Sequence record: PP337211
Source: Escherichia phage ERS-1
Reading direction: 5' to 3' (one strand)
DNA: 64,000 nucleotides
Both the position numbers and the translations under genes were made by a program. Positions 6,839 to 20,907 of the stretch are shown here, piece after piece. A model generated the notes under the pieces. That model was not told the origin of the DNA, did no database searches, and worked only from the letters and a program-made list of their open reading frames with translations. Position 1 is the first letter of the stretch. Each line of letters begins with the position of its first letter.

Positions 6839-9800
6839 GCTCGCCTGCGACGGCTTCGCTCTACATTCTTTCCCTGCTGTCCGAACTGTATGGAGGCCGC
6901 GGGGAAGGCGGGCGTGAAGCGGGTCGCCTTCCCGGTCGACTACGGGCTGCGATCCGGGGTGGGTTGCTGAGTGGAATTCGACGGTTGATGAGGCTTTGGA
7001 AGTCGCCCGCCGTTAGGGGTTGAAGCGAGGTGGGTAGATGTCTGAAGCCGGGCGCGGGACTCCCTCCGCCCCGTCATCCGGTCGCTGGACCCGGTGCGCG
7101 TGGAGAACCCCTTTCGCGCCCGGGACCCCGGATGTGAACTATGCCGGGCTGGATTGAATTGAAGTTCGCTGAACGCTGGCCGCCCTGGGCGGACCGCTTC
7201 CGAGTGGACCGACTCCACCTGCCCAGCACCTGGCTCACCCGTCGCCGGGTGCCGGGGCCGGGCCTTCCTCCTGCTGAAGGTCGGGAGACGGAGTGGTTGC
7301 TGATTCGATGGAGCGGTGGCCGCTGCGACGCCGGGCCGGGTTCCGCGAGAACGCCTGTATGAGGTCTGCGCTGCCGTTGGATGCCTTCCAGAAATGAGGA
7401 GATTTGTAAATGTCGCCGCGGTGAGGCGGGCGGAAGGTGAAAGCCCACCGCTACACCGCCGCTGGCAGGGTTGAACCAAATTGAGGCCGCGAAGGAGTAC
7501 GGGGTCCTTGCACCGCTACCGTGATGGGAAGCGGACCGCCGCCTGGACGATGAACCGTGCCTGTCCCGGCGAGGTCCGAGCCCGAGGTCTGCTTGCTGTT
7601 CCGCCGCCGCTCGGGCAAGACCTGCGCGAAATCGCCGCCGCTCTGGGCTGACTCGCCTCGGGTTGTCCAGATGGCAGGACGGAAAGCGCCGGTTGAGCGC
7701 CTTCGTGAATATTGGGGCTTTTGAGGGGGATCGGAAATGGCGGAACTGCCGAAGTGGAGACGAGGATGGTTGACTTCCTGAAGAAGCGGTGCCGGAGGGG
7801 CCGTGGGTCCTGACGGCCATCGTCCGGACGGGAAAACGGAGACGGTACCGTCTTGTTGCCCACTGCTTAAGGCCGCGGAGTGGATCGAGGGCATCAGGGC
7901 AAGCGGGCCCCGGATACTTCCTCGCCAACCCGGCTCCGCCGGGCGATGGACGTGAAAGCCTCGAAGGAGGGATGGCCCGCCTCGCCTGGCTTCGCGTCCA
8001 CCCCGCGAGCCGGGAGGACTTCGAGGAGGAGCGGGCGCGGGCGCTCAGCTGCTCCGGTCTGACCGCCGGAGCCGGCGGTCATCGTTGACTCGGGCGGGGG
8101 CTATCCGGGCTTTTGGCGTCGAACCCGTCCGAGGCCTGGAGATTGCTGGATCGGCGGCGAAGGCTGGAGCTGGAAGCGTAGGTGTTCGGCTGGAGAAGGT
8201 GTTTCAGGCGGACCAGTTGCCGGCCACGTGGACCGCATCATGCGCCTCCCGGGCGATCAACATGCCCCGCGAAGAAGGTGGAGAAGGGTCGCCTGCCGAC
8301 CCTCGCCCGTCTGCGTGGAGTGGAATGAGGCCGCTACCCCATCGAGGTTTACCCCCGCGGTTCGAGTCCAGATGGCGGAGCAGGGCCTGGCCGGGGGCCG
8401 TCCGAAGGTGAGATTGGGGCACGTCCGGAGGTTCGGGGACGGAGGAGCTGCGGAGCGGGCCCTTTAGGCGCAAGGCCATCCGTTACCCGCGCTGGCGCTG
8501 ATCGCTACTGGGCAGGGACCCGCCGGACCGACCAAGTACCCCTCCCGGTCGGAAGCCCTGTTCGGGTGCTCGCTGCGACCTCGTGCGGGCGGAGGTCCCT
8601 GATGAACGACTTCGCGGGTGATCGCCGGCTTCGGCGAAATCGCCGCGCAGCCTGTCCGGTAGGGCCCAACTGGGAAGGCTACGCCTGCGGGGGTTCGAAC
8701 GTGCCCTTGAGGAGGCGGTGCACCCTCGGCCTGGGCGGACCAGAAAGCTCGCCGTCGGTGGAGGTTGGCGGAAGTGCCGGGCGGTGAGGTCTGGGACCCG
8801 GCGATGAAGCGGTACGGGTCTGGGGGTCCTTCGAGGACTTCCGGCACGCTACCGCCGGAGGTAGTGGTTGGTCGGAGGAGGGGGTAGCCGTTGAGAAGGC
8901 CGCGGGAGCCTTCTGGATCGATCACCCGTGCTGCCCGGCACGAGACGGTTGGTTCGCCCCCGGCCTGAGGTCGAAGAAGCCTATGCCTCTGGCGCGGGTT
9001 CGCGCGCGATCCTCCCGGCGAGAGCTGCGCCCTCCCGGCACCTTCGTGAGGGCGCCGCCGGGGAACCCGGCTACCACGGTCACCTGGTCGGGTGGATGGC
9101 GCGGATGGTCCCGTTGCACGGCCCGGCGAGTGGCCGTGGTCCTCCGCGGTCGCCGCGGGCCGGGTTCTCTTCCTTCGCCGGTAGTCCTGGCGCGATGTTC
9201 GGGGGCGTCACGACTTCCGGCTTGCGACGAGCTGGTGGGCTCCTCAAACGCTTACCTTTGCATACCGTCCTGCTGTTCGGTGATGAGGCTTTCTTCGCCG
9301 GGAGGAGGCGAAAGCGTGCCGAGACCTCGCGACCGAAGAACGCCTGGTGATCGAGGGTAAGGGCGTGGACGCGGAAGCGGCCCCAACCATGTCCCTGGTC
9401 CTCGCCTCGAACGAAGATTGGGCGGTGCCCGCGGGTCTGGATGAACGCCGGTCTTCGTTGGTGGAGGTGGCGAGGGCCCGGTGACCCCGCCTGATTTCAG
9501 CGGTTGGGTGATGATCTGGAGGGCGCAGGACGCAGCCCGCCCCAGCCTTTCTCCCACCTATGACCTGAGCGCCTTCGAGGTTCGCCAGTTAACCGGGCGC
9601 TGCAGGACCAGAAGATCATGAGCATGTCGCCGGAAACCTGTGGATGTATGAGAAGCTGTGGGAGGGCCGGTCGCTCAAAGACCGACCAGGACTGGCGAAG
9701 CAAGGTGGTGAAGGACAGCTGCTGCCGCATGACGACGACGCAACGACCTCCGCGACCAGGGCCGGAACTTCCGCATGAGCCGCACCCGGCTTCGGCGGCT

Positions 9801-10503
9801 GGCTGCCCGGGCCTTCCCGGACGGCTGGCCGCGAAGTGAAATGGCGGAGATCGCTTGGACGGGTCAAGGTTGGCTTCGAGGTGATGATCGAAGAAGCGCG
9901 TGGCCACCACCCGCCGCCGGAGGTGTCCGGCGCCTGGGAGAACTTTGGCGGCCCGTTCGAGTGGCCCGGGGTCCAACCTACCAGGAGCCTCTGAGGACGG
10001 CCCGAAGTCGGAGGCCGTCCCTTCCCAGGATGCCCCCATGAGTGAGCACGCTGTAAGCGACGAAGCGGGAGCTGGAGGGGGCGGGGATCGCCTACACGGT
10101 GGAGCTGGCCGGAGAGGTCAGGAGGCCGCTTCGCCGTGAGGGGGAAAGCCCCGATGGTGACGTGCTCGCGGACTTCCTCCACGTCGCGTGGCCCTCGGTC
10201 GCTCGCCTTCGCGTCTGGTGGAAGACCGCCGCGCGCTGGAATTGACCTGAACCGCTTTACTTCTTCGGACTCTATCACTTCTTTGCCAGTTTGAGAAATG
10301 AACTGGTCCGGCCAGGTCGCGATTCGAGATTGGAAAGGAGCTGACCCTTAAATTAGGAAGAAGCCTTCCGCTGGTGCGGCTTCCCGATCCCGCGCGGTGG
10401 GGGTCCTGGTAAGTTGGGCGAGGACTCGCTGCGCGAAGCCCGTTGCGATTCGAGTTTGAAGTCGGTTCGCCTTCGGGCTATGCGTGGACGCTGACGAGGT
10501 TGT

Positions 10504-10758
10504 GTGACCGCCCGCTGGGCTGCTCCGCTCGCCTTCGCCGTCCTGCTGCTCTGGGGCCTGGCGGGGGTCTTTGCGGACTATCCTGGACCGCCCGGAGGTT
10601 TGTATCAGCTACCTGACCCGGGAGTGTGTGCGCGTGGTGAACGCGGACGGCTCCCCCGGGATCGTGTGGAGCCCTCCCGGACCGCTATGAGCGAGTGTGG
10701 GTGGAGAAGATTCTGTTTCAACCCTGAGAAAGGAGTTGCGCTACGTCTTTTTGGGTAG
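10504..10758 (+). CDS. secreted or lipoprotein-like hypothetical protein (signal-peptide-like N-terminus)
   Basis: GTG start after GACGAGG; MTARWAAPLAFAVLLLWGLAGVFADYPGPPGG looks like a signal peptide with AxA-type cleavage site. Confidence 0.35.
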   Translation: MTARWAAPLAFAVLLLWGLAGVFADYPGPPGGLYQLPDPGVCARGERGRLPRDRVEPSRTAMSECGWRRFCFNPEKGVALRLFG

Positions 10759-13700
10759 GGTGCCGCTTCACTCAGCGGTTGTTGCCTTTGGGGTGGCTGA
10801 GGAGAACCCCGGGGCCGTCGGTTTTCGGGACCGGCCTCAAGACGCCATCGCCTCCTCCTCCGCGAGGGCTGCGCATCCCTTCACGCTGGGAGTGCAAGCT
10901 GGAGTTCGGCATCAAGCGGATCGCGTCCGGGTCGATGACTTCAACGTGGTCACGATGAACAACCGCCGTCTGGGCTTCACCACGGAGGTCGGCAAGACCT
11001 GGAAGTGTGGCCTTCCGCGAGCTGTATGGCGATGGACGAACGGGGCGAAGTGTTCGAGGCCTGTGAGGTCCCGGAGGTCGCCGCGGACGAAACCGTGATT
11101 GTGGTCCGGGGCGAAAGTTCCTGGATGTCTGGGCTCCCGCTCCACCCTTCCCGTCCTCCTGAACCGCTGGAGTGCGCGAGGCTGTCCGTGCCCTTCCCGG
11201 CCGTCTCGGGTTTCGCGCACGACCGGGGCGCGAGCTACCGGCTGGAGGACCCTTGGGCCGAGGTGTCCGGAAGAAGGTGGACCTGACGGAGGATCGGACC
11301 TTCGGAAGTGGTCCTGGACATGCGCCGCCGTCCGCCGCGGGCTCTGCGAATCCGGCAGGCTCCTCTGATCAAGAAGGCCGCCACCGCGCCCAAGGTGACC
11401 TTCAGCGTGCGCTGGAGTTCGAGGGCGTGGAGCCGTCCTAGCCCTTCCTGGCGACCGTCTCCGAACTCGCCTGCTTCGACTCCTCGCCGCCGCTCCGCGC
11501 CGAAGGCTTCGCGCCTGGACGCATGGATGGCTCCCGCCAAGGAGGCGACCCCGACGCGCCTGAGCGAGCTGGAACGGACCCGGCTGGAGAAGGCCGCGGG
11601 CTTCTGCGAGCGGCTGGGCTTCGCCGTCCAGGAGTACCCGATCCGTTGCTGTGAGTTCCTGGGCGAGGAAGTCCTGGGCCGGCGGCGAGAGGGGGATCAG
11701 GTCCGGGAGCCTGGTCCTTGATGATGGGTACACGCTGGCCGGCACGCTGATCGAGGAGTTTCGCCTTCGCCCCTCCGCTGGACCATGAAACCTGCCGCGG
11801 GTTCCTGATGGACACGTTCGTGTCCTTGGGCGGAACAGACGTTGCAGAACCGCTATGAGCTGGAACACGCCCTTCCGTCTCACCGGAGATGCCTGACCGC
11901 CGCCCGGGCCGTCCGCATCCACGGCCACGCCCAGAAGGCGGAGCTGGAACGCGAGTTTCAGGAGCGACTGAACGAACTCGGCGGACGCCCAGGAGCAGAC
12001 CAGCCGGGCCTGGCCGGTGCTCTGAACGCCGCGGACCTCCCGATGGAGGAGCTGGGCGAGTGGGAGCTGGACGCGAGCTATTGGATGACCCCGGCTGCGC
12101 CTTCCTGAGCAAGCGCGAGGCGGAGGACGCCCGCCCCTCCTTGGGCGACCTCCTCCGTCGTTGCACGGCCTCGGCTAGGCACCTCCGAGGAGCCCGACTA
12201 TGACAAGGAGCCCGATCAGAAACCGCTGCCGATCTTCGCCCTCGCCCTGCTGCCCCTCGCCCGCTCGCGGTCCGGAGGACCGCCCCCGCAGAACGCCGGG
12301 AGACGGTCCGGCGTGCGGGTTGGCGGCTCCTCGCCTCGCCTCGCCCCTCCGTCCCGGGTCCTCCCGGCGGAGGTCGGGGCGAAGCCGGACCCGGCCCGCT
12401 TCGAGCGGCTGGAGTGCTGCCGCGACCCGCCCGACCCCTGGGTGCCGTATCGTTTGCGAACCTCGGAGAAGGGGTCAGAAGATGGAAAACCGGAAGAATT
12501 ACCCGCCTGGGCTGACGAAACCTTCGGCAGTGAAGCACCCGGTGGAAGTCGCCGCCGCGGATGAACGTGGAGGTGGCGGAGCTGGTCGCTGGCCTTGCCA
12601 CCGTCGCCGCCGTCCCGGTCGGAGGATGGACCCGGAGCTGGTCCGGGAACTCCGGAAGGAGTGCGCGGACGTGTTCGGTTGCTCGCCCGTCGCGGAGAAG
12701 CTGGACGTGGACCTTTGGGTCTGTGGTGAACTTAGGGATGGGGGTGCACCGCTGCTGGGCTGGACCCGGAGCCCGTCCGGAAGATGTGCGTGGAAACCTT
12801 CCTGGACCCCGGAAGCGGGCTGAAATGGAGCTGGAAGGTTGACCTTCCCCTGCGACTCGGGGCTCTTTGCTGGGCTTCCACTCCGCCGACGTAGCCCTGA
12901 ACTGGGTCGGTCCGCGGCAGGGGATCGCCGCCGAGCGGAGGACGCCGTGGTGCCGACCTTCCGGCCGGGGCTTCTTCGAGGGCCTGACGGGCGTGAAGGT
13001 TGTACCTGGGCCGCGAGCTGCGCGCCTTCTGGAAAGCCGGACCCTGTGCGAAGGAGAACCTGGGACGTCACGATGGCGGGTGTCCAGGCCCGCCTCGGGC
13101 GCAACCCGGAGGACCCCCGCAAGTACCAGGTGACGGTCCTGGTGTATAGCCAGTTTGCCCCGGCCTGAGCCTCCACGGACATTGACCTGGCCAGTGCGCG
13201 AGCCAGCACCCCTTCCAGCCGATCGGGACGGCGGAGCCGCTTGCGCGGAGTACCTGGGGAGAAGTACGGCGACAACGACCCCGCGGCGGCCTCCCGGGAT
13301 GCGGTCCGCGCCTTCGGGAGGAGTGCCGCTTGATGGCGGAACTCGCCCGCGACGTACCCGGAGAAGCTGAAGCGCCTCGAAGCCGACGTGGCCAAGCTGT
13401 CCGGTCAGAACCCGGCCCGCCGCGCCGCCTGCGCCACCCGTGGATCCCCGCGGAGAAGCTGCTGCCCGCGGGAAGTCGCGTGGCTGAATCAGCGCCTCGG
13501 GAACTCGGAGGGCCTGCTGTGACGGACCTGGACGAAGCGGCCCTGGCCGTTCTGTTCGAGGAGTAACCGGTACGCTTTCCGGTCGCGGACTGGGAGGAGT
13601 TCCTGGTCATTGCCCGGGCGTCCTCGCCTCGGAGCGGGTCCGCTGCCGGTCGGCGCTGGGAGTATTTTGTGGAGGACTACCTGGAAGCCGATCTGCGCCG

Positions 13701-16410
13701 CCTTCTCCTCGCCGGCGGTTGTCGTTTGCATCGCCCGCCTGGCGATCCCGGGACCGCGACCGCTCCGCTGAAGGAACTCCCGTGGTGGAGACGCCGGGCG
13801 CTGCTCGCCCTCCTCCCGAAGCCGGATGACGAGGGTCCTGATCCGGGGCGGGAGAGGTTGATGATCGAGAGAATGGCACCCGGGCGGCGGTTTTTCGGCA
13901 ACCTACGCCCTGAAGAGGGCGAGGAGGCTGCGCGGGTGCTTGGGCCGCGGCCTTCGAGGCGATTGCCCTGATCCCCTCCGCGAAGCCGGAGGAGGTCCTG
14001 GGTTACCTGGACCTGCGCGTATGGGCGTCCCACCGCGGATGAAGTTCTGACGGTACCCGGTCGCCCGCCGGGTGGAGTTCCGCCGGGCTCGCCTCGCGCG
14101 TGCCCTTCGCGGAGATTCAACGCCAAACCGCCCGCGGGGCCTTCGAGGACTGACCATGATACGCTTTGACAAGTCGAAGCCTACGTGGGCGACTTCCTGA
14201 GCGAACTCCGCGGGACGGGGCCTGGGCGGAACATCGTGAAGGACTCGCCCGCCCAGCTCGGCCCTACCCGGAGCGGGCGCTGTGGACCGGGAGGCGGCTC
14301 GCCTTCCTGGGCGAGCCCGGGACTACCGCCTGGAGCTGCGCCGGATCGAAGGCGGGCACTGGGAGGCGATCCGCGAGGAGCGCGACCCGGACCGCTTCAA
14401 CCTGCTGATGAGTCGACCTCGCGTAAGGAGGGCGACGCCATGAAACCAAGACTGAAGCGTAGCGCCCCAAACGGGATGCAGGAGCCGGAAGGCGCAGCGG
14501 GTGCCGCCGGTGAACCTTGACGCGGCGATCGCGGGGCCTCCGCCTTCTCGCCTTCGCCCTGTTCCGTCCGGGCTGTCGTGGAGGCTATCGTGGACCTGCG
14601 CGTAGACGGCCCGGTGTCCGACGGCGACGGCTCCGCGGCGACCTCCTGGGAGGAGCTGGAGCGGTCCTGGGGAGGAGACGGTGGAAGGTATGAGGGCCGG
14701 AACTTGAAGGAGAACCGGGCTGGGAGCTGTGCTGGCATCGTCCCGGAGGTTCCCTTTGTTGGAAGAGGTGACGGGCTACGCCCGCGCCTGCCCTGGAGGC
14801 CAGAATTCCGTTTCGGGATGCGGGGTACCGAAGGAGTGAGAGATGGATCGGAGCGAGTTCTGAGCTGGCTGCGGAGCCTGTTCGGCGGACGCCCGCCGCC
14901 CCGCCGCCGGAGTCGGACTGATCGCCTGGCCCGGATGATGGCCCCGGGCTTCGAACCTTGGCTGCCCCTACCCGGAGAACTTCCCCTTGGAACTTATCGA
15001 ACTGTGGGGGCGTGGTGAAAAATGATTCGACCGGTGACCTTCTCTGGGCGACCGCCTGGGGTTCGGAGTCGCCCGCCTGGTGCACCCGCCCTCCGGCGGA
15101 GGCACTGCCTTGTGGCTAAGGTCGAAAACCACCGCCAGTCCTTCCGGATGTCGCGGAATGGCCGTGGCCAGTCCAGTTTGCCCCTGGGCGCGCCTGGTCG
15201 CCCCGCGTCGCCGCCTGGCCCCGCGGCATCGTCCTGATCCAGGAGCGGACGCGACCCCTGCCCCGGCGGCGAACTGCCGAAGGCAGCTGCCCGACTTCTT
15301 CACCGACCTGAAGCCGGAGAACTTCGGCCTGATCGACGGTGGTGGCGGTGCGGCATACGCCCTCCGCCTCGCCTCCTCGAACCTGGTTGGGGAAGGCGAA
15401 GATGAAGAAGGTGAAGAAGGACGAATGGCGACTGCCTGACAAGATCCATGCCCGATGGGAACGGAGCTGGGGCGGAAGTGTTGAGGCGACGGCACGCCGC
15501 TGCTGAGTTCGGTGATCCGGGCAGGCGCGGCCGACTTCGCGGACGCGATGCGCCTGGAAGTGGAGAAGAAGCGGGCGGAGGGCCGGCGGTTGGACGATCT
15601 TACCCGGTGCCGGCTGGATTCCCTCGCGGTGATGCTGCTGGATCGCCTGGAGAAGGGCGACCCCGTGGACGGTGCCTTCGCCGGCGCCGCAGACCTACCG
15701 CGGCGACGGAGCGGACGGGTGGGCCCTCCGTCCTCGGGGCGACCTTCCGCGAATGGCTGGATCTCCGCCTGGAGGCCCGGGACATCGTTGCCTCAACCTC
15801 CAAGCCGCTTGGAAGGCCGCGGCCCGGATCGCGGAGCTGGAGGGGATCGCCGGACGCCTCGAAGGCGAGCGCAACGAGGCCCGCCGGTCGCTGGAGGAGG
15901 AGCGGGAGGTGTTCGGGCAGGAGCTGGAGGCGGAGCGGACGCCCGCCGCCGGTCGGAGCTGAACCTGGCCCGTGCCGGAGGGGTTCACCGCGTGACGGAA
16001 GGCGAACCGCCGCTGCCGGGAGTGCGGGCGAGGTCGGCGCAGCGGGTCGGAGGTCGGCCGGGCGGTACCGGATCGCCGCGGACCGCGCCTTGACCTGGGC
16101 GAACCCCGCGACCCCTATCAATTCCGCCGATGGCCCGCCGGAAACCCCGCCGCGGGGAGTACGTCTGCCGCGGGGCCTATCCGGTTCCCGCACCGCTTCG
16201 CAGGCGGTCGCTGCTCGGGCTACTTCATCGCCGTGGAGCAGCGGAGTTGGCACTAGGGGACCGGCGACTGCCGCCTACTGTAACTGCCTCAACCGGACGG
16301 AGGCCGTGCCCACTGCGAAGTGGTGGAGGGCGGCGAGTCGGTCCAGGAATGCCCCGTGTGGCAAGAGTTTGTACGATTCAATGAGATCAAACTGAAGAAG
16401 GAGAAGTGAG

Positions 16411-16968
16411 ATGAGTGATGACAACACGATGGACAGGCGTGATGATCGACCTGGAGACGATGGCGACCGGCCCCAGCGCCGGGGTCGTTTGTCGGGGCCA
16501 TCCGTCGTTCAACTGCCGAACCGGATTGGTGAAGCCGGACCTGTTCGAGGTGGACGTGGACCTTCACGCCGACGCTGGGCGGCGAGGTCGATGCTTCCGG
16601 CGGTCGGTCTGGCGGGACCAGGTGGACCCTGCCCAGCGCTGGCCGAAGGCGATGCGCTCCGCGCTGACCGACCTCGCCCTCCTGGTCGGGGTACCCGGAC
16701 CGAAGCGGGTCTGGGCCGGGGCTGTCCTTTGACGTTGCCATCTAGGGTTACTATCGCCGGCGGGCGTCCCGATCCCCTGGCATACTCCGCGCTGATGCTG
16801 ACACCCGAACCGTGTATGACCTGGCGAAGGAGCGGGGCTGGTCGAAGCCGGAGGGGGAACGGGGCCGTTCTGCCGCCTGGAGGACTGCCGCTGCCGTACC
16901 CTTGCCGTCCATCAGCGCCCTGAACGTCCTCCGGGGCAGCCTGAAGGAGAACCCGGTAATTGGCTGAC
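16411..16968 (+). pseudogene. DnaQ/DEDD-like 3'-5' exonuclease, frame-disrupted
   Basis: AAGGAGA RBS then ATG 16411; Exo I-like motif VMIDLETMATGPSAGVV (16439-16489) sits in a different frame from the start codon; protein-like C-terminus ...SISALNVLRGSLKENPVIG ending at 16968 in a third frame. Confidence 0.35.
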
Positions 16969-19900
16969 GAATCGACTTGAAGGATGGAATTCCCTTCCCC
17001 CCTTGCGGACCGCGAAGTGGCCCGGATCGCGGAGGAGGCGGCGACACACCGCCCGGGAGCCGGCGACTGTGACCTGTGTGGCGAATGGAGCGGGAGGCTG
17101 GTGGAGGAGTCTGTGCGCCCTGTCGGACCGCCCGGGCTTTGCCGGTGAATCGAAGAAGTTGTATGAGGGCTCTACTTCTTGCAGGCCCCCCGCCACTCTC
17201 CTTCGTTGCAGGTACCGGCCTGAAAATGGAGAACGGCGATGACCTGGATTTCCGCCTCCAACCCGACACCCGCGCCACTGCCCCGCTTCGTGGCCGGTTT
17301 CACTGTCCTCGCCTCTGGCGGTAGCCCTCCGCGACCCTCGGCTACGCCTTCAGCCGCTAGAGCGTGGTTCCTGGCCTGGTCCGGCGACTCTGCATGGCAT
17401 GCTGGAGGATGTACCGTGAAGGACGTGTACTGGAACCTGGCCCACTACCCCCGTCTGGAAGGCTCGGGTGCCCCCGCCCTCGCCCTCCGAAGTTCCTGGC
17501 GTCATCCCCGACCGTCGCCCGAATTGAAGCCCTGGGTGGAGTTCCGCGCCCCGAAGGCTGCGCCGGTGGTGAAGGCGGGAGCGCTTCTGCCAGGGGCGCC
17601 GGGTGCCCGCCCCGCGCCCGGGCTGGCCAGTCCTGATGGAGCTGGCAAGCCCTGGTCCGCCGCTGCTCCATGGTCCAGCCCCGCGAAAGTCCGGTCGGCG
17701 TAGGAAGGACGGAACCGATCCTCGCCGGCGAGCGCCTGGGCTCGCCGCGGGCCTTCGACCACCACCCGGGTTGAAGGAGCCCGCGTGTATCTGGAAGGAT
17801 GAGCCGCCGCTGGAGGGAAAGGCCCGAGGAAGATGGAAGCGAGTACCAGAAGCGGGAGGGCTCCGGCCCTCCCCCCCGCGGGTCGAAAAAAGTTGTCTGC
17901 TGGGCTGACCTTCTTCGGGTTGGGTCACTTTTTGTTAGGCCGTAGAAATGGAGAACTGAAATCAGCCGACTCCCGCCCAGGTCGCTGCCCGCGAACTGAT
18001 CGCAGGCTGGGGCTCGCCTCGCTGGGCGATGTCCGGGTTGTCAAGCCGCTGACCCTCCCGGCCGGAGTACCTCCGCGGCCCGCTCCTTCGCCGGTGACCG
18101 CGCGATCCGCCGGATCGGTGCCGGTCCTCCGCGGGACGTCCCCCTGGCAGCTGATCGGCTTCGGACCTCGCGGAGGTCGCCGGGCCCTCTGGAAGTCGGC
18201 TGCCGTTGACCGGGAGGGCCTGGCTCTCCCCCTCCCGGAGAAGGAGCCCCTTGTGAACCGGTGGCCGCCTTCCCCACCCCCTCCCCTCGTCCCCACTCCT
18301 GTTCATCGGAGTCGGGGAGCTGGGGCTGCTCTTCACCCTCCGCGAGACGGAGCTGAAGGCCGTCCCGGGTCCTGGCCCACGGACGCGGTGGTGAATGGCG
18401 TGTATCGGGGTCCTCCGAGGTCCGTGCTCCCGTGAAGAACCTGAGCCGGGACCGACGAAGCCTTCGAGAAGGCCCGGAAGCCTCTGCAGCGTATGGGCCG
18501 AGCCGGTGACCTCCCGCGACTCCCTGCGCGAGGAAATGAACGCGATTCACCGCGTGACGCTGCGGAGCTGGAGCGCCGGGAGCGCGAGCGGAAGGAGCGC
18601 GAGGACCGCCTGGGCCGCGGAACGGGCCGCGGAGGAGGAGGAGAAGCGCCTGTACCTTCCTGGGCTGGAAGTTTGCCTTCGGACCTACGCGTGGCGAGTT
18701 CCCAGGCCCCGCGGGCTGGCCTCCGCCGGTCGATCCAGCCTCCGGACTTCGAGGAAGGTGGCCTGATGCGCCTGACCGCCCGTGAGGTCGCCCGCCGGGT
18801 CCCTGTCCTCGCCCGCCGAAGCCGAAGCCCGACCTGTACGTGGGCGAGCCGAGAGTGCATCACCTTCGACGTGACCGTGGTGCGCCGTACCCTTGCGCCC
18901 GTGACGCCTGGAACGGCTACGGTATCGAGACGGTCCAGGCGTTGCGATGATCGACCGCGCGACCGGGGCCTGCCTCGTGTCCAAGTCCGGGGCCTTCTAC
19001 GCGGAGGAAGGCGAGGAGCTGAAGATCAAGGCCACCGTGAAGGAGCACGCGGAGCACCGCGGCCAGGCCCAGACCGTTGTCCAGCGGGTCGCGGTGCTGG
19101 AGGACTACCGGATGCGCCGGGAACCTCTCAGCTCGCGGTTGTTCGGAGGGCGAGCTGTACGCCGCCTGCACCAGGACCCCCTCACCGGGGCTCTTACGCA
19201 GTGGCCTTTGCCGGAGCCCTCGGGGAGGCCCGGCCGTCGCCCTCGTTGACTGGACTCGCTGAAGTGGACGGGTCACCTGCCCGGGCTTACCGCGTGGGTG
19301 ATTAAGCTTCGCGCTTGGCGGACGCCCTCGTGCGATCCTTCGGAGCTGACCGGGCGTTCCGCGCGTCGGGCGATGAGTTCGCCGTTATGGGTGATAGCCG
19401 TGAACGTCTGCCCGGGCTCGCTTCTCCGCGCGAGGGTCCGGGTTTCTGCTTCGGACGGGGATCGGAGGCGGCGGAGGCGGACGGCGACCTGGCGCGTCGA
19501 GGGGCGGAGGGGGAGCGGTCCGGCCTTCGGGGCCGCGCGAGGGCTCCTCGACCGCCTTGGGGTCGATCATCGACCTCCGGGGGGCTTTACTTCTTCGGAG
19601 GCCCCCCGTCACACTTCTTTGTCGGGCGGTCCGGACCCGGAGAACGGCTGCCGGGGCGGCTGGGCATTTACTGTCTCCCCTGTCCAGGCCACGGACCTGC
19701 GCCTCCAAAGTTCTCCCGACCTTCTTTCGGGCGTGACTTCCTCCGGGTCCAAACGGCCCTGGACCGCCTCCTTAGATGGCGGAGGAGTAGGACGGTGCGC
19801 ACTGGTTCATGTACAAGCTGTCCAACGGTGCGACTGACCTGGCCCCGGCGATCACCGACCGGAAGCTGCGACTGACCGTGGACACCAACGGCTACGGGCG

Positions 19901-20634
19901 AGGTCAGCGGAGACGCCGCGGGCCTGATCGCCTGCCTGTTCGTGTCAACGCCCTCGCTGGAATACCCGCAGCGCCAGGACTACGTGGACCTGTCTACAAG
20001 CCGCGCGACTTCGCCTTCGACCGCCGCAGGCTGAGGAAATCACCGCTGCCTTCGACCTGATACCCTCGGCGCAGCCGACCGCCCCAACTTCCCGGCAAGG
20101 AGCAGATGACCGGTAGACCGCCCCCGGACCAAACCTCCTGCAGGAGACTTTCGTTGGTGTCGCCCCTGACGTGACCGCCCGCCGCGTCCGTCCTGGGCGA
20201 CTTCAGGTGCGCCTCGGCGACCGAGTCGATGCCGGCTTCCGTCCTTCGCCCCGGGCGGAAGTCGGACCCGGCGACCCTGAGCTGGAACCCGTTGGCCCGT
20301 TCACGCTGAAATGGCGACCCCGCAGGGCCTGCACATCCCGGCCGAGGTCCGGCTGGAACATCGCCTTGCCCGCCACTTCGACCGCCTGCTTACGATGGTC
20401 GGTGGACCCCCTCTGTAAGGTAGAAAAGGAGCCCGCGATGGCTGGGCGAGCCACCGCCGTTGGGAGAACCCTCCGTCACCTCCGCGACTGCGCGGAGCCG
20501 CGCACCCCCTGGGCGGATCCGGAAGCCCGCGCCCGGGCGTCCTCCTCCAACTCGCCGTGGAGGCGGCTGGAGGAGGTCGGGTGACGATCACCGCCGCGAG
20601 CTGGACGAAGCCCGAGCAACGCGGGAGGTGAGTG

Positions 20635-20907
20635 ATGAGCGGACGCTACAAGGTCCTGGCCGGGTCCCAGTGCCCGGCCACCGCCGCTCGACTACACCGT
20701 GGTGGATGTCCGGAGCCTTTGCCCGCGGGCGCCTCGGGTGCCGTCGATGCGACTGCGAGACGTTTGGCGAGGAGGAAGCCCTGCGGTTGCCCGCGCCCGA
20801 ACGCGGCGATCGGCGAGTTGAAGTGTACCCTCGCCCGGGCCGCTCGCCTGTTCGAGGAGGCCCTGCCGAAGTCGTGCTGGGCGCCAGCGCCCTGGACGCC
20901 GGCGTGA
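20635..20907 (+). CDS. hypothetical Cys-rich protein; start with GGGAGGTG RBS
   Basis: GGGAGGTGAGTG-ATG at 20621-20637; MSGRYKVLAGSQCPATAARLH...; C-terminal part protein-like (PCGCPRPNAAIGELKCTLARAARLFEEALPKSCWAPAPW). Confidence 0.4.
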   Translation: MSGRYKVLAGSQCPATAARLHRGGCPEPLPAGASGAVDATARRLARRKPCGCPRPNAAIGELKCTLARAARLFEEALPKSCWAPAPWTPA

